Part shown: one piece after another, positions 63,718 through 64,000 of the stretch
How the letters are laid out: every line of letters starts with the position of its first letter
How positions within the stretch are numbered: position 1 is the first letter of the stretch
IMG/VR virus record: IMGVR_UViG_3300017782_000001
Origin: a virus
DNA: 64,000 nt
Direction: 5' to 3' (one strand)
The notes under the pieces: model-generated
What the model was told of the DNA's origin: nothing
Database searches by the model: none
What the model saw: only the letters and a program-made list of their open reading frames with translations
Program-made: the position numbers and the translations under genes

Positions 63718-64000
63718 ATGATCCATGTTATTGGCGACATTATAATAGATGAGTACCTATTAGGTTCATCTACCAGATTATCACCTGAAGCACCTATACC
63801 AGTTGTAGATCTAAAACGAAAGCGCTACTCTTTAGGTGGTGCTGGTAATGTATTTATGAACGTAAAATCTGCCACAGAAGACGTAAGTCTATATGGCTAT
63901 ATTGATGACGCTCATAGTTATATATTAAAGAAAATAAAGCCAAAGGGTAAAATTAGCGAATGTGATTTAATGCCGCTTAAAACAAGAATTGTAGCAAATG
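63718..64000 (+). CDS. HldE domain I (heptose 7-phosphate kinase, PfkB family), partial
   Basis: Manual translation MIHVIGDIIIDEY..GSSTRLSPEAPIPV....GGAGNV; open to the window end. Confidence 0.85.
   Translation, partial: MIHVIGDIIIDEYLLGSSTRLSPEAPIPVVDLKRKRYSLGGAGNVFMNVKSATEDVSLYGYIDDAHSYILKKIKPKGKISECDLMPLKTRIVAN

Noticed and set aside
1-64000. Alternative genetic code or stop-codon reassignment
   Set aside because: Core genes translate to full length under the standard code with high coding density

Overview
A 64-kb, AT-rich segment of a large T4-like myovirus, most likely a marine phage of Alphaproteobacteria. The host inference rests on a two-piece (permuted) alphaproteobacterial-type tmRNA, an msmA-like gene, a ROSE-like thermometer and a hemO-pcyX pair; no photosystem genes occur in the window. 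Almost all genes are on the minus strand. The core comprises a neck/tail/terminase/portal/head block (gp13-gp23, gp3), uvsY/uvsW, gp55, gp47/46/45/44/62, regA, gp43, an AEP-type primase, uvsX, gp41 and thyX. Accessory content: (i) a hydroxymethylcytosine/glycosylation cassette (gp42 and alpha-glucosyltransferase homologues with UDP-glucose dehydrogenase, UDP-glucuronate epimerase and an atypical C5-methyltransferase); (ii) a ~12-kb enzyme/transporter cluster downstream of the tmRNA (Rieske-less MsmA, Asn-synthetase-like, GNAT, GATase, di-iron protein, two sulfotransferase-like paralogues, TctC/TctA, four methyltransferases); (iii) a late plus-strand operon of exported/membrane proteins; (iv) ADP-heptose and carbamoyltransferase genes interrupted by hemO-pcyX; (v) a ~180-nt multi-helix pseudoknotted non-coding RNA in front of a HincII-like nuclease. 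Many sigma70-type early promoters and TATAAATA late promoters can be read directly. All family calls come from motif recognition by eye; no database searches were run.
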